Below, one piece after another: positions 39,769 through 53,774 of a stretch of DNA of 64,000 nucleotides. The DNA comes from Octopus vulgaris. Its lineage: Eukaryota. Made by a program: the position numbers and the translations under genes. Below the pieces are notes generated by a model that worked only from the letters and a program-made list of their open reading frames with translations, made no database searches and had not been told where the DNA came from. The stretch covers positions 31,310,001 through 31,374,000 of the forward strand of contig OX597818.1 in assembly GCA_951406725.2 (NCBI GenBank), in the 5' to 3' direction. Numbering within the stretch: position 1 is the stretch's first letter; every line of letters starts with the position of its first letter.

Positions 39769-41959
39769 AGGTATTGACACAGGTTAAAACATATCGACGG
39801 AACTTACTCGTTATATATTTTAGAGACACTATTGTGCTCAAGGAAACAAATTATTAATTCTTTATGTAAATGGTTAACCGCGAACATATTCGTGACAATA
39901 ATATAACATGAATATTTGTATTTAAGTGTACACGTAAGTAAGTATGTATGCGTGTGATTATGTATGCATATATGCATACAAACACTTACATTATATATAC
40001 ATACATACAGTTCAACTATTGTCCTAAGACATAACACCAGTTAGTGAAAATAGTATTACCGAATTATAATAAGTTACAAATATCTCGAACTATTAATGAG
40101 TGAATTCAAATCTTGGTTCTGATTTAATGTCGAATTAATGTTCTCTGCTCTGAGATCAATGAAATCATCTACTACACTGAACGGGTTCCATATTTTTTCA
40201 TAAACTTTAGAGAACTATACGTTGTTTAATAGTCTGAGGGTTATGACTATAAATGACGACGTAAGGCAAATAAACTCCATTCGTTCCTTGTCACTTATTT
40301 TCATCTAATCTTTTTTTTTCTTTGCTGATTTACTTCCAATCCTGTATTTAATCACCGTTTACACTTCCGTAAAGTAGATGCCAATTTCAATATAACTGGA
40401 AAACACGGTCTTCTCTATCGAATATAAAAATATGTTCTTCGGGTTACTAATTTATAAGACTGCTAAACTTCGAACATAATGGCTGTCAATATGTCAAAAA
40501 TGGAATTCAATAAGTATGGTATCGATATTTCAAGGAGAATATGTCTGTATTAGTAATGTTAAGAGGAAATGAAGATTTCAAAAGGGATCAAAATGGCATC
40601 TCATACTGTAGTAAAACTATAAATATTAGATATACTGAACCATTTCCTCTGCCGTCCATTCATTCTTGTCCAGCGGTTTAAGACGATTATTATTTTGTCC
40701 GGCGAATTGGTTCAACCGAGTATAGTACTTTCTTTTTATGAGTCTAGATCGGAGTTAATAAATTTTCTATCACTTTCCCGTGACAGGCTACTGGCAAAAT
40801 CCACCAGCCACTGTAATTTTCGTCTTTTCTCATCACAAACAGCCGTTAAAGAGTCGTGATTAACGGAAGTAATATAACCAAATATCGCCGGCACCGTCTA
40901 CCAATGCACACGCTATTAATATAAACTAGCTGTACATTTTTCTCATACTATGACACCTTCTTCGTTGCACGATAAACATGTTTGCTATAAACTCTGATGT
41001 ACTGGTGAGGTTTCACAGTTTATTACATCACAATTATCGTCCTTTATCTAATATCCTTTATAACCTTTCTTTGGCTTTTATTCTCCTTCTTCACTTTTCT
41101 TTCTTTTTTTCTTTTTCTTTGAATAGGCTGTATATTTCCGAAGAGTTAAAACATTTCTCTTTTCCTCTTAGACGTAAAATCGCCGTTGTGGAGGGTGCGT
41201 GTGCCAGTGAAGTGTTGCAGTCAGTTGTTATCAAATGATTCACTTTCATTGGTGCCGCCATAGAGATGATGCGATATTGGCCGTGGTAAGTTGAAAGATT
41301 GAATGGAAGATTTATCATAGACTGGTCATATCAGATGGTCAGCGTATGTGAAAAACAAGTAATGAAGTTTCTAATAGCATTTCGGACATATAAGGAACAG
41401 TTTTGAAGGGGAATAATTCATCCGGACAATATAATGGTTAAAATTGCTTGATGTGCTAATAATGGACATTCAGGGTTCGGGTTCGGAGCTAGAAATTATT
41501 GTTAGCTTTTATGTCGTAGAGTTAATGGTTTTCAATTTTAGTACTCTGAAAATTAGCGTACTAAAACGTGGTCATGTATTTCTGAGTCTAGGCAAATTAC
41601 AATATTCATAAAACTACAACACAATTACTAGTAGTGTAAAATGAATTTTCTCCAAAATCACTTGATCTTTTCTATCGAAACAATCAGAAACTACGTCGTG
41701 TCACAGTTAGCGCGATAATTTAATCGTTTTATTATACGATTCAATCAGTAGACCGCCTAAATTGTATTTATAAATGAAACTTATTTAAAATCCAATATCT
41801 TTCAACTATCTTATAGTTGTGAGGAGAGGCACTAGTACTGCCTCATTGCAGGCTCTCCGACACATGTAAGAGGGGAAAGATATTCTAAACCAAAAACTTT
41901 CTTGCAACAGAGCAGATTCTTCTAAAGGTACCCAATGTACCAAGTAAGAATGTTAAACT

Positions 41960-42210
41960 GGGCGACAGATTAAGTCTACCACTCAAGTAGTCTATGGTGA
42001 ATTTGAACTGAGAACTCAAACAGCTGGAATATATATCACAATGCATCCAGTTCGACGTTCTTACAGTTTCGCCGCCTTGGATAGGTGCAGTTTCTATCGA
42101 TCCCGAAATATGAAAGGCAATGTCGACATCGGATGGATTTGAACACAGTTCAGAGTCGGCTTAAATAACGCGGGCATCTGTCCAACGTTCTAACGTCTCT
42201 GCTAATTTGC
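41960..42210 (-). mobile_element. two decayed SINE family B fragments
   Basis: GAATTTGAACTGAGAAC..GTTTCGCCGCC and TATCGATCCCGAAATATGAAAGGCAATGTCGAC..CTAACGTCTCTGC. Confidence 0.6.
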
Positions 42211-44313
42211 TGTAGTAGTAATTCATAAATCTCAGGTTACAATTTTTAGTGCGACAATATTTACTAATTTGAATGAATTACAAAATAAGAGTAATTGTTG
42301 CTTTTGTTAATATTTACATTAACGTTTACTAAATAAAAAAGCAGGGGACATGAATTATTGAATGAAAAAAACTATAAAGCAGATATAATGTTTACAAAAT
42401 AGTTTCAAAGAGGGGATTAATAAAGGTATATTTTTTTTAATTAATAACCACATTATAAATTTTTATGGCCACTGCGACAGAACAAGGGCTGACTCAGTCT
42501 CAAGCGATTGATTAGTTACCTATCTTACCGTCTTCTTTTGGAAGAAATATATAGAAAACACCTGTTGTCTTTGAATTCAAACCTTCAAGTCATCAAGCTA
42601 GATTTAGTATTTAGTGTTAGCTCTTTATCATCAGCTGTGTATTCGACTATAATGAAGAATCAGTGTCTCCAAAATGTTTAATTACGCTTTTAATTAACTC
42701 TGATGACGTATTCCTGGCTCATTTACGACCTGTTTAGTGCCCATTAGATGTATGAAGCAAAGAGAATAAAACTGTAAATCTTATACCAAGGTATATAACA
42801 ACACTAATTTATTACCAATGATGCCACATCCATTTGGTAATTGTATCTGCTGAAAATCTAATTTTTATTTACTGCTAAATATTTAAAACTCCTTGTGTCC
42901 ATTGTAATTATTCACCAATCAACATCACTTAGTCGCTCAATGTGTCTACGCACCTGCGCAAAGAGAAATTTAAATTGATTGCTAAACCCTTCTTCTTCAA
43001 CTAAAGTATTTCTTAACGCTTCGTCAACGTGGTGTCGTACTTCGATCTAATTAAACGAGAGTAACTGAACCCCCGGCCAACAAAAGCAACAGTAACAACT
43101 AAAACTTACTGAAAAATGACTTTGTGGGGTTAGAAATGTATTTCGAAAACACGAGAGTGTATATAATTTCTGCTCGCATCTGTTTGATTTATATATTATT
43201 TTGAAAATGTAATCATGAGAGGTGAGTTAGAACGGATAGTAGTAGGAAATACATATGTAGAATCGTTTTAAGTAATTGCAGTTTAGAAAAAAATTCCAGC
43301 ACATTCTTAGTTTTAGTAATATCAGTTCCGTACAAGTGAGTTTTCGTTTCTCTCCTGAATTAGATTGATTTAATGTCAACAGATTTGTACACCTGGGTAG
43401 TTAAAACCCATTATTTATACATGTTCTACTACTTCCTTTTGAACAGCCGCTCTACCTTTAATGTTCATTGTGAAAATGACAGCTCAGATAAATGTAAACT
43501 AACTTTCAGTTTGTCCCACGTTTCACTTGCTTCTGTTCTTGAAATTGAAACCATTCTGCTTAATTTGATCATCCGAAACAAGTATCGTAAACTGAACAAC
43601 ACAAACGAAGGATATTTCATAGGCAGAGCTGGTGGTAGTATCTTTTTTTTTATAATTTACGTGTGTAACGGACAAAAGGAACGTTTTGGTTCACTGGCAG
43701 ATACCATTAAAAAAAGCTATCTATTATCTGAAAGTGTAACCAATAAGAGCACACGTATCATGTAATGTTATGGTATCAGTTAGAAAAAAGAGAAAAATTT
43801 ACTCACAGGTATTTCTTTATTCTTTAATTGGTTTCGGCCATTGGATTACAGTCTACAAGGATTATTTTCAGTAGACAATTTAAATTTCAGTATAAATATA
43901 TTTTCAGTCTAGCATTTATTTTATCCGTCTGTTTTTACAGAAAAATTATGATAAATGCTTGAAATGAAGGGACGCAATTAAATACAGCGGCTGAATCAGG
44001 TAAACATAGAAGATACACACACACCTACGCACCGTAATACACCTGCGAAGAAGGGAGAAGTGCTTAGTACTACTATTTCTCAGATATAGATTATTCGATA
44101 TATAGTACCGAAAACTAAAAATTTATTATGGCTACTGTTGCTTGGCTGTCCAAGAAGAAAATAGCTCACATTTGTGATGCTTGAGATAGTGGTTGATGGT
44201 TACCCATTAAATGATTGCAATATTACAGAATTCCAATAGTTTTATAGAATTATAGTCTGTAATATTACTCTCTTTTACGAATGATTGTGTTGTATTTAGG
44301 CTAGTTGTCCTTC

Positions 44314-44733
44314 GGATCTTTTCGGTTTGAACGGCATTTTTTTCTAGCGGTGTCATGAAATTGTCACCCATAATTATGACTCTAGTATCGATCTATTGCA
44401 TTTCAATCTGTTTTAGGGTTAGGGGTGAGGATAAGGGTATCTTTTTTTCTTCACAAATGTAAATAAACCCAATCTGTTTCTTAAACGAGGAACATATTCA
44501 TACGGCACAGAATGTTTTATTTTTTTTTTTACCTCAATAGACGTATTTGATTGGTTGAAATTGCAGAAATTGAAGAAAGAAAACAACAAATATCTTACAA
44601 ACTATAGAATTTTCTCAATAAAGCCAAGAGAAAAAGATGTTTTATAAACACATTCTACCAGTATACGAAGTTTAAAATTTTTTAGTTACCTAGAAATTAC
44701 GTTAAAAACTGCCGTTCAAACTGGAAAAGATCC
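44314..44733. mobile_element. MITE / non-autonomous DNA transposon
   Basis: TIRs GGATCTTTTCGGTTTGAACGGCATTTTT and AAAAACTGCCGTTCAAACTGGAAAAGATCC; flanks GTCCTTC and GACCTTC (7-bp TSD, one mismatch). Confidence 0.85.
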
Positions 44734-44966
44734 GACCTTCTTTTGTATCATAGAGACGTAGGAAATTCGTGTATTGTTGAGAAATTTACTTTACTTTCGA
44801 GAGCCACCTCTTCTTACAACATTGTTGACTACATTCGCTAAGCTTTTTTTCGATTATGCTTTGTGGATTACTTCTGTTCTTCTAATGGAGGGCGTAAGTA
44901 AAAACGTCCACCAGCCACTTTCTATTACTCAGGATTCATGCTTCTGTTTCGTGTACTTGATTAACA

Positions 44967-45024
<58 letters not shown>

Positions 45025-45188
45025 AAATGAGAAAATGGAGAAATATATCTAAATCAATCATCAACCATCTGATAATACCCAATCAATACTTTATTAAACC
45101 ATTACACAATAGCAATGATATTATACATTAATATAGTACAAATATAACAAGACATAGAAATAGAAATAGAAATACATTTACATTGTAG

Positions 45189-45297
45189 CTGACAGCTGTT
45201 TCGGCCGTGAAGACAGGTATGTCCCATTTAACCTATTAGCCATATAAAGCAGGTATAAATGAGACATTAACAAGAATATCTCACGGCCTCTACAGAG
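45189..45297 (-). ncRNA. degenerate hammerhead-like motif with long stem II, in a (TA)n-adjacent element (~45022-45310)
   Basis: Minus strand: CT / CTGTAGA / GGCCGTGA..~70 nt..TCACGGCC / GAAA / CAGCTG / TC / AG; palindrome ACAGCTGT; stem I only 2 bp. Confidence 0.5.
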
Positions 45298-46045
45298 AAT
45301 TTAATGCAAGTATGAAAAAAATTTACATATAAATATAAATATGTGTGCATACACACTCATATTCTTACATATATATGTATATATATACACAATAATACAA
45401 TATAAACAATATAGATCAATATATATATATATATATACAAAATATACATATATACTTACATACATATGTATACAGTTATGCTTATATGCATACACGCACA
45501 TACATTGTGAGTGATTGGTGTACACACAAACATATAGACAACTCGTTATTTGCTCAATGACACAAAATTTTACACATTTAATTGTAGATTTCAGGATTCT
45601 TATTCAGATCTATACGGCATTTACTGTGTTATTATTATAAATATTTCTGCATCATTTGTTTGTACTTTTTCGTGAATTCCCAACTAAAAAGTACATATCA
45701 GATAAATGCAACAAATTTTCAATATCCATGAATCTATTCTCTATTTTCAATGTCCATATAACATCTGTATATTTTATAAATATTATTTAGAAAAAAAAAA
45801 TAACATACGCATACATAATAGCATAAGCTTAAAGTTACATATACACAACTCGATCGGTTTTGTGTCAGGTTTCACTTATTACAGGAAGGCACACATAAAC
45901 TATACTGATCTATTTCTCTGTGGCACATTTTTTCTCTCTCGTTCTCTCTTTCAAAGATACAGGTTTTCTCTCTTACATACATATACAGGTGTAAGTAATA
46001 TGCGTATATGAGTGGTTGTAGATGTTTGTTTGACTGTCTGTCGGG

Positions 46046-46131
<86 letters not shown>

Positions 46132-46154
46132 GTCTATCTGTTTGTTTGTCTGTG

Positions 46155-46215
<61 letters not shown>

Positions 46216-48568
46216 CTCTCTCTATATATATATCTATATATATATATATCCGTCTATATATTCAGCTATATGGCTTTCTTGGAGAATAATATATTTGATA
46301 TATTATTCTTTCTGTATTCACTCTCCATATTGATGTCTATATGTCCTTCTAAAATATTTCCTTTAGCTAGTTTTCGTTTTAAATAATGCAAACTTAATAA
46401 TGCAAACATTTATAGACTATTCTATAAATGTTTTCTACCTTTATTAAATATATTTTGTATCTTGTCTACTTGAGACAAAAGAGGATAGGAGCTGTGCAGA
46501 TGGTACCTTTTGAAGTAGCATTTAATAACATTTCCATGGTTATCTTCTTGTCTTTAAACAATCAGAATCTCTTTTTTTATTGGAATGCGTAGTTTATTTT
46601 AAAATTAAATTCATATCTACGTTTGATTACTGAGATACTGTAAAGACAACTTAGGAATTAATTTATGTACAGCTTTGGGAAAGACTCACTTTGAAAACTA
46701 TATTCTTTGTTATTAACTTGTTACCTCTTCTAACTTGAAAATGTTTATCTGATATGTTGATCCATATCTCTATGAGTGAAAGGAATTTGCAAAGAGCTAA
46801 ATAAAACTCTCCTTTAGAATGTCTTCTTCGGTCTTCTTAGTATTTCCATTGTAACTAATTAAAATTATTAGAAATTTACTGAAGAATAATATGTACAGAA
46901 AACGCATTGAAAAGCTTTCATAGAATGAACGCCAAGAAAGTCTATATGATATCATAGATAGCCTTACATTTCCTTCTGTACCGTATGACTATGTTGTATT
47001 AAAATATCTTAATATGCTATAGGGCGTGCCTACATTCATATAAAATTGAAGTGCTTAAGGCTGGACTTGATGCTGCAGTTGACGTAAACAAAATACAGCA
47101 ACTATTTCGCTGAGCTGTGGATTCTAAAAGCAAATCACTAATACACAAACACACAGATACATTTATATGTAGTTTATTGAAGAGAAATGGTAATCTCACT
47201 TTTGATAAGCAATTTTCTCGCCTCTAGATTGCTGCTGCGTGAAACTTGAGTCGCGAGTTAAAAAAATCAGTCATAATGAATTATTTACTCTACGACATGT
47301 GTTGTACACTCCTCTCTCATATTGTTTCAGTTTCGTTCCATAAATTGACTTTAAAATAGATGTTATGTATATAATAGGATTGCCCTCGATTATATTCCTT
47401 AGTCAAGTGAAATCCGTGAAAGAGGACACTGTACATGAAATGTGAAAACAAAAAAGAAAAAACTTAAATTAACAGTGCACTTAGAAACAAGCAACAAATA
47501 CCTTTATAAGTTGTGACATTGCAGAACTTGGAGATATGAATGCTGATAAAATTAGGAAGAAGTCGTAGATGTCGAACCTACGTTTGCTTTTTGATACTAC
47601 TGTGTGATAACCTATACACTTTACGTACTCAACCGAATTTAGGTGTAATATAATTGATCTTACATTATTTTCGTTTCCCCATACAATTTATTGTTAATGT
47701 TTGATACTTCGTCTAAATAGCTTCGTTCTATCTCAATTATATGTTGATCACTTTCCTTTAATATTTATGAAAAAAAAAAAAAAAAAAAAATGTTTCCATT
47801 GTTGAAAACGTTGAAAAATTCATTTAAATATTATAGGTCAACTTGCACGACTGTCTCTCGTCGAGTAACGTGCAACTGTAGTAAATGCAAATTGAACTGC
47901 ATATTTAATAGAATATATTGTATTTTATGGTTCAATCAGCAGAAGGGCAGCAGTCGTGACATTTCTATGGAGCTTTTAAAACTGATGGGTATAAAGAGCA
48001 AAATATCTTGATAACCATATACCGGAGACCTTGAGTTGAGTGGTCATCGCAACCAGCTCCAGTGGTCACATTATACCTTAAAAACAATTTATGTCTACCC
48101 CACTAAAAATAAGTGCAGACATCCAGCATGATGTCAAATCGCTAGTGAGTACTGAGATTTACTCACTATTTGTGGTTGCCTCGAGTAGAAAATAGTTAAA
48201 ATGTCATACTATGAGATTTGATACATACCCACGTGAGTGTAACCGTAACTATTAGCCTATATATAGGTATTACACCACTATGCAAGGAATCTCATGCAAC
48301 ATAGGTCCACAACTATGAAGGACTCAGTACTAAATACGCAAAAAGTCTGAACTACGAAACACGTGATATTGTCAATAAAATTGACACTTACTTTTATAAA
48401 TTTGTAGACTGCATTTATAGACCCATTATATAAAATGTATTATAGAAACGTTTGAATTTAGGGAAGTCGAGAATACGTTGAATAGTTTGTTTTTAACTGT
48501 AGAACTAGTAGTAGATAAAGTCATAAATATCTGCAAAAAATACTGGGGTTTGAATATTTATCAATTAT

Positions 48569-48766
48569 AGGGCGGCGAACAGGCAGAATCGTGAGCACGC
48601 CGGGAAAAATTCGGCTTTATTGTCTGAGTTTAAATCTCACCAGGGTCAATTTCGCCTTTTATCCTTTCTAGATTGATAAAATAAGTACCAGACGAGAACA
48701 GGTGTCGATCTAATCGACTTAGCTCCCTACTCCGAAAAGTTGTTCTTGTGCCAAAATTTGAAACCA
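48569..48766 (+). mobile_element. SINE family B
   Basis: GGGCGGCGAACAGGCAGAATCGTGAGCACGCCGGG..GATAAAATAAGTACCAG..GTCGATCTAATCGACTT. Confidence 0.8.
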
Positions 48767-48798
48767 ATATTTACGAATAATACATACACACATACATA

Positions 48799-48858
<60 letters not shown>

Positions 48859-48929
48859 CATACATACATACATACATACATACATACATACATACATACA
48901 TACATACATACATTTATATATATATATAT

Positions 48930-49480
48930 CTGAAAAGGAATACAAAAAATGGGGCAGGAACGCAAAACATCCAGACAGATGATTCAAGAGAGGGACAAGA
49001 AAAAAACACGGACAGGTCATTCGAAGTTTTCTTTCCTCAGACGAGTTCCAGATTATCTTTGCAATTTCGGTTGGTTATATTCAAGATTGCTCTAATCTGG
49101 CTAGCCCCAAGAAAAAACTAAGCTAAGAACATTAGATTCCTTGGAAGAAAGCAGGACATAACAATATGTGTCTTTCGACAAAGAACGAATTAAATTAAGC
49201 AGGTATGTGTAAAAGTGAAGCCTTACGGCGGGGACATATGAGATGACAGGCATGGGGAGTAATATAGATGTTACACGGATGGTAGTCGAGCAAACAAAGA
49301 AAGGTCAGGCTTGGTCGAACACTGGCAACGTGGGGAGAGAGAAGAGAGGTAAAAGTAGAGGGACCGAAGAATTAGGGAGGGACGAGAAAAAGGAAGAGAG
49401 TGAAGTGAAACAGGAGGGAAGATGAGAATGAAGGGAAAGCCGGGAAATGTGAGAGAGGGGGAACGAAATAAAGAAGAGTG
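48930..49480 (-). repeat. microsatellite-flanked interspersed repeat, same family as 2161-2488
   Basis: 48938-49150 aligns with 2167-2390. Confidence 0.7.
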
Positions 49481-49489
49481 ATATATACA

Positions 49490-49520
<31 letters not shown>

Positions 49521-49653
49521 GTATAACGACATCAACAAGAATGGAGATTTATCACATCTTTATTTGAGGATTACATCATACACATCCGACAATATGCTGA
49601 GCGCTAACAATATATCTGAGATTACTCTATGCTAATCCCTATTACTGGATACA

Positions 49654-49849
<196 letters not shown>

Positions 49850-50239
49850 TCTTCCCACACACACGCGCACAACTTTGTTTTCAGTTGCATGTTCTATTAC
49901 ATATTCTCTTTTCCTATTGGTCTAATTCTTGCAGAGATTTCTCTTCTTTGGGTATTTTCATAAACTGGATTTGCAGACTATCTAAACAACAGAGAAATAC
50001 CATAAGATAGAAGTTGTCTATATGTAAGCTTCGATGAGAAAACTGACGGAGGAAGAGGTGACGTTTTCACGACTTCTGGCATCACCACTGTTTCTGTTTC
50101 ATTAGAATGGAACGGTAACAGTAACACTCACCACCACACCGCACAACGTGGCCAAAGACAGTAGGGATGAGAAGAGAGAGTGAAAAGAAAAGAAGAGAAA
50201 AAAACCCCGTAAATAATACACAGAAACAATGCACTTGCC

Positions 50240-50631
50240 TCTTTACTTTTTACTCTTTTACTTGTTTCAGTCATTTAACTGCGGCCATGCTGGAGCACCG
50301 CCTTTAGTCGAGCAAATCGAACCCAGGAGTCATTCTTTGTAAGCCTAGTACTTATTTTATCGATCTTTTTTGCCGAACCGCTAAGTTACGGGGTGTAAAC
50401 ACACCAGCATCGTTTGTCAAGCGATGTTGGGGGGACAAACACAGACAAACAAATATATACACACACATACATACACATACATATATACGAAGGACTTATT
50501 TCAGTTTCCGTCTATCAAATCCACTCACAAGGCTTTGGTCGGCCCGAGGCTATAGTAGAAGACACTTGCCCAATGTGCCGCGCAGTTGACCAACGATGTG
50601 GTTGGTTAGCAAGCTACTTACCACACAGCCA
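50240..50631 (-). mobile_element. SINE family A, near full length
   Basis: Matches 24110-24523 with a short deletion in the head. Confidence 0.9.
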
Positions 50632-51310
50632 CGATACTTTTGAGAAATAAAGATATATGTATAAAAAAGTAAATAATTAGATATATAATCATATAAATAA
50701 ATAAGTATATAAATATGTATGTCACATACCTATGATAAATATAAGACAGAGACAGATAAAATAACTAAATAAAACTATATAAAGTGCATGGATACATACG
50801 AAGCGAACCAATACACACACACATGAAACTTCATGGGCGATCATAACAATGTCAACAACACAATTAATACGGTCAGCAGCAGCGGCGGTACCAACGATGG
50901 CAATAACAACTACAACTACCACGATGGCAACACCGTGGGCGAAGACACATACACAGAGAAATACAGGAACTGTATCATTTTTTTCGGGTCTTAGGACAGT
51001 AGCAACACAATGGGTAAGAGAATGGGGCTGAGGGTAAGTCCACAATGCTACTAAAATCTATCACACACACACACACACACATGCACACACACAAACACAC
51101 ATACACACACACACACACAAAGAAGGACACAAACGCATGCGAACATAATGATACACATCTTAAGTGGAACAAGAACACAAACGAAAACGAAATGTGTCGC
51201 TGAAGAGGTCACAGATGTGTAAGGAAAGATTTCCGGACAATGGACATGAGTTAAAATAATAAAATGACATCAGTGATAAACGAGTGAATAATATATATAT
51301 ATATATATAT

Positions 51311-51421
51311 CACCGTGACCGACCAGGCTATCAGATATTGCTACACATCGCTGGTCACAATGCGCTTTGCATTGTTTTAGCCTTCAAATGACGCCACCCC
51401 GCTGGCTAAGCAAGCAGGCCA

Positions 51422-51423
<2 letters not shown>
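51311..51423 (-). mobile_element. SINE family C tail type 2 fragment between (TA)n tracts
   Basis: Aligns with 58056-58168. Confidence 0.8.
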
Positions 51424-51468
<45 letters not shown>

Positions 51469-51668
51469 ATGTATATATATAATTCGTCTGTTTATTTGGC
51501 AAAAAAAGAGAAAAAAATGACCAACCCGAAATACAACTATATATATATAATGTGCAAGTCTTTGGCAGGACTCAAGAGTCACACAAGGGCCTCACATTGC
51601 ATCAACAATGACTCATTTCAGTGATTCTTTCTAGCAATAATTTTGCGTGTATACGAGAAAGCAGCTAA

Positions 51669-51721
<53 letters not shown>

Positions 51722-52776
51722 AACAGTAAAGGCTGTTATCACTTTTACGTGACTGTTCCATGTAGAACAAGTGTTATTATATTCTAACCTCCAGGAAAAC
51801 TCCTGTCTGTATGTATATATGTTCGTATATCGTTACTCATATGTTTGATAATCGAGTGAGAATATTTTATTATTAACATTAATAAAATATAATATGATAT
51901 TCTCGTAACCATCAATTTACCAATTGGGTTCCTATCAGGAGGTCAAAAACCCAGGCAATCATCAGAAAAGGCTAAAAGGAAGTAGAATGTGAAAATATAA
52001 TATTGTCTTTTATTAACGTGTAATATGCATGTGTATGTGTGTGTGTGATTGCGCGCGCGTGTGTGTATATTTGTGTATTAACGCGTTTCTTGCACGGCTA
52101 AAATTTTATAATCGACAGGTGAGAATTTTTCTCGCTGAAAGATTTAGAACACATCTCATTTCCCTTTATGTATCTCCATTAATAGTAATTGTTAATCTGG
52201 AAACGAACGTCTGGTAAATATTTCCTGAAATATTGCGATGCTTTCGTATTTATGAGCGTTGTAAACAAGTGCCGTAATAGCTACAGCATTACAGCATTCT
52301 AGATTCATTAACACATTTGGATTTTACAGAATAAGTTTCAACCTATGTGGAATTAATCTCAGCGTTTTCCTAATTCAGAAAATGCAGAAAATTTCTAAAT
52401 TTACACCTTAGTTGCTAAAACGCAAATTGGCGCCGTCGATACAAGTTACCTCTGTTATTTAACACCGTTTAACACACTAGTCCGCATCTAATTAACAACG
52501 TTGTGATGAAGGAAATTTCATGTACATGAAATAAATTAATTGAAATTCTTCGGAAGAAAAAGAATACGAGATCTTGGGGTACCAAATATTGTAAGCGAGG
52601 TAACTACTACTAGATAAGTTTTAAATCATAGTGGGATGAGAAATTTGAATTTTAACTGTAACAAAGATGCACACATTATAGTACTATATTTAAGAAATGA
52701 GGGATTATGTACATTATATACATTATTTACATTATTTACATTCGACAGATATTTGTCTTAATCTTGTTTGTTGTTA

Positions 52777-52820
52777 ACACAACGTTTCGGCTGATATACC
52801 CTACAGCCTTCTTCAGGTGT
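52777..52820 (-). ncRNA. minimal hammerhead ribozyme-like motif, intact copy
   Basis: Minus strand: ACAC / CTGAAGA / A / GGCTG-TAGGGTATAT-CAGCC / GAAA / CG / TT / GTGT. Confidence 0.7.
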
Positions 52821-52878
52821 GTTGGCAAAATTTCGAACCTGGGTTCTCATTCCTAAGGTATTTTTCGATGTTGTTACA

Positions 52879-52967
<89 letters not shown>

Positions 52968-53107
52968 TATTATTATTACCATTATTCAGGTCGCTACCTG
53001 GAATCGAATTGGAAACTACGCCATATGCCCACGGGCATATGGCGTAGTGGTTAAGAGCGCGGGCTACTAACCCCAAGATTCCGAGTTCGATTCCAGGTAG
53101 CGACCTA

Positions 53108-53169
<62 letters not shown>

Positions 53170-53219
53170 CATCGAAAAATACCTTAGGAATGAGAACCTA
53201 CATTCGAAATTTCCCCAAT

Positions 53220-53263
53220 ACACCTGAAGAAGCCTGGAGGGTATATCAGCCGAAACGTTGTGT
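53220..53263 (+). ncRNA. minimal hammerhead ribozyme-like motif, one stem II mismatch
   Basis: ACAC / CTGAAGA / A / GCCTG..CAGCC / GAAA / CG / TT / GTGT. Confidence 0.65.
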
Positions 53264-53499
53264 TAGTAACAAACAAGATGAGGACAAATATCCGTCGAAT
53301 GTAAATAATGTAAATAATGCATGCACACAGAATGCATGAAAGGGCAATAACGTTTTCCAATAAGTTCATTTTAGAAATTCATTGGACTTTATTAAATCTA
53401 AACAGTTTTAGTTAGAGAGATGTCGAAGAAATAGACGACATACCGCAAGTGTCAATAGGATTGTGAACATCAACATGCATATATGCTGACGATAGTATC

Positions 53500-53726
53500 T
53501 TTTATCTTTTACTTGTTTCATTCAATAGATTGTGGTCATGCTGGGGCACCATGTTGAAGAATTTTTAGTTGAACGAGGTACTTATTTTTTTGTTAAGCCT
53601 GGTACTTTTACTAATGGTCTCTTGTACCGAACCGCTAAGTTATGGGGACGTAAACACACCAACGCCACTTTTCAAGCAGTGGTGGGGGACAAACACGCAC
53701 ACATACACGCGCGCGCACACACACGC

Positions 53727-53774
<48 letters not shown>

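Larger units (their letters stand above)
52705..53322. mobile_element. palindromic element: tRNA-like head + (AAT)n + hammerhead-bearing tail, two copies head to head
   Basis: Arms 52721-53030 and 53033-53319 around a 2-nt centre; A box TGGCGTAGTGG 53040-53050, B box GAGTTCGATTCC 53083-53094. Confidence 0.8.

Noticed and set aside
43373-43765. 130-aa non-repeat ORF
   Set aside because: AT-rich composition with no recognisable motif; consistent with chance.
47023-47113. Possible terminal exon (..YKIEVLKAGLDAAVDVNKIQQLFR*)
   Set aside because: Weak acceptor, no recognisable homology and no partner exons.
53033-53105. Functional tRNA gene
   Set aside because: A and B boxes are present but the acceptor stem does not pair and it is part of a palindromic repeat; treated as a SINE-like head.
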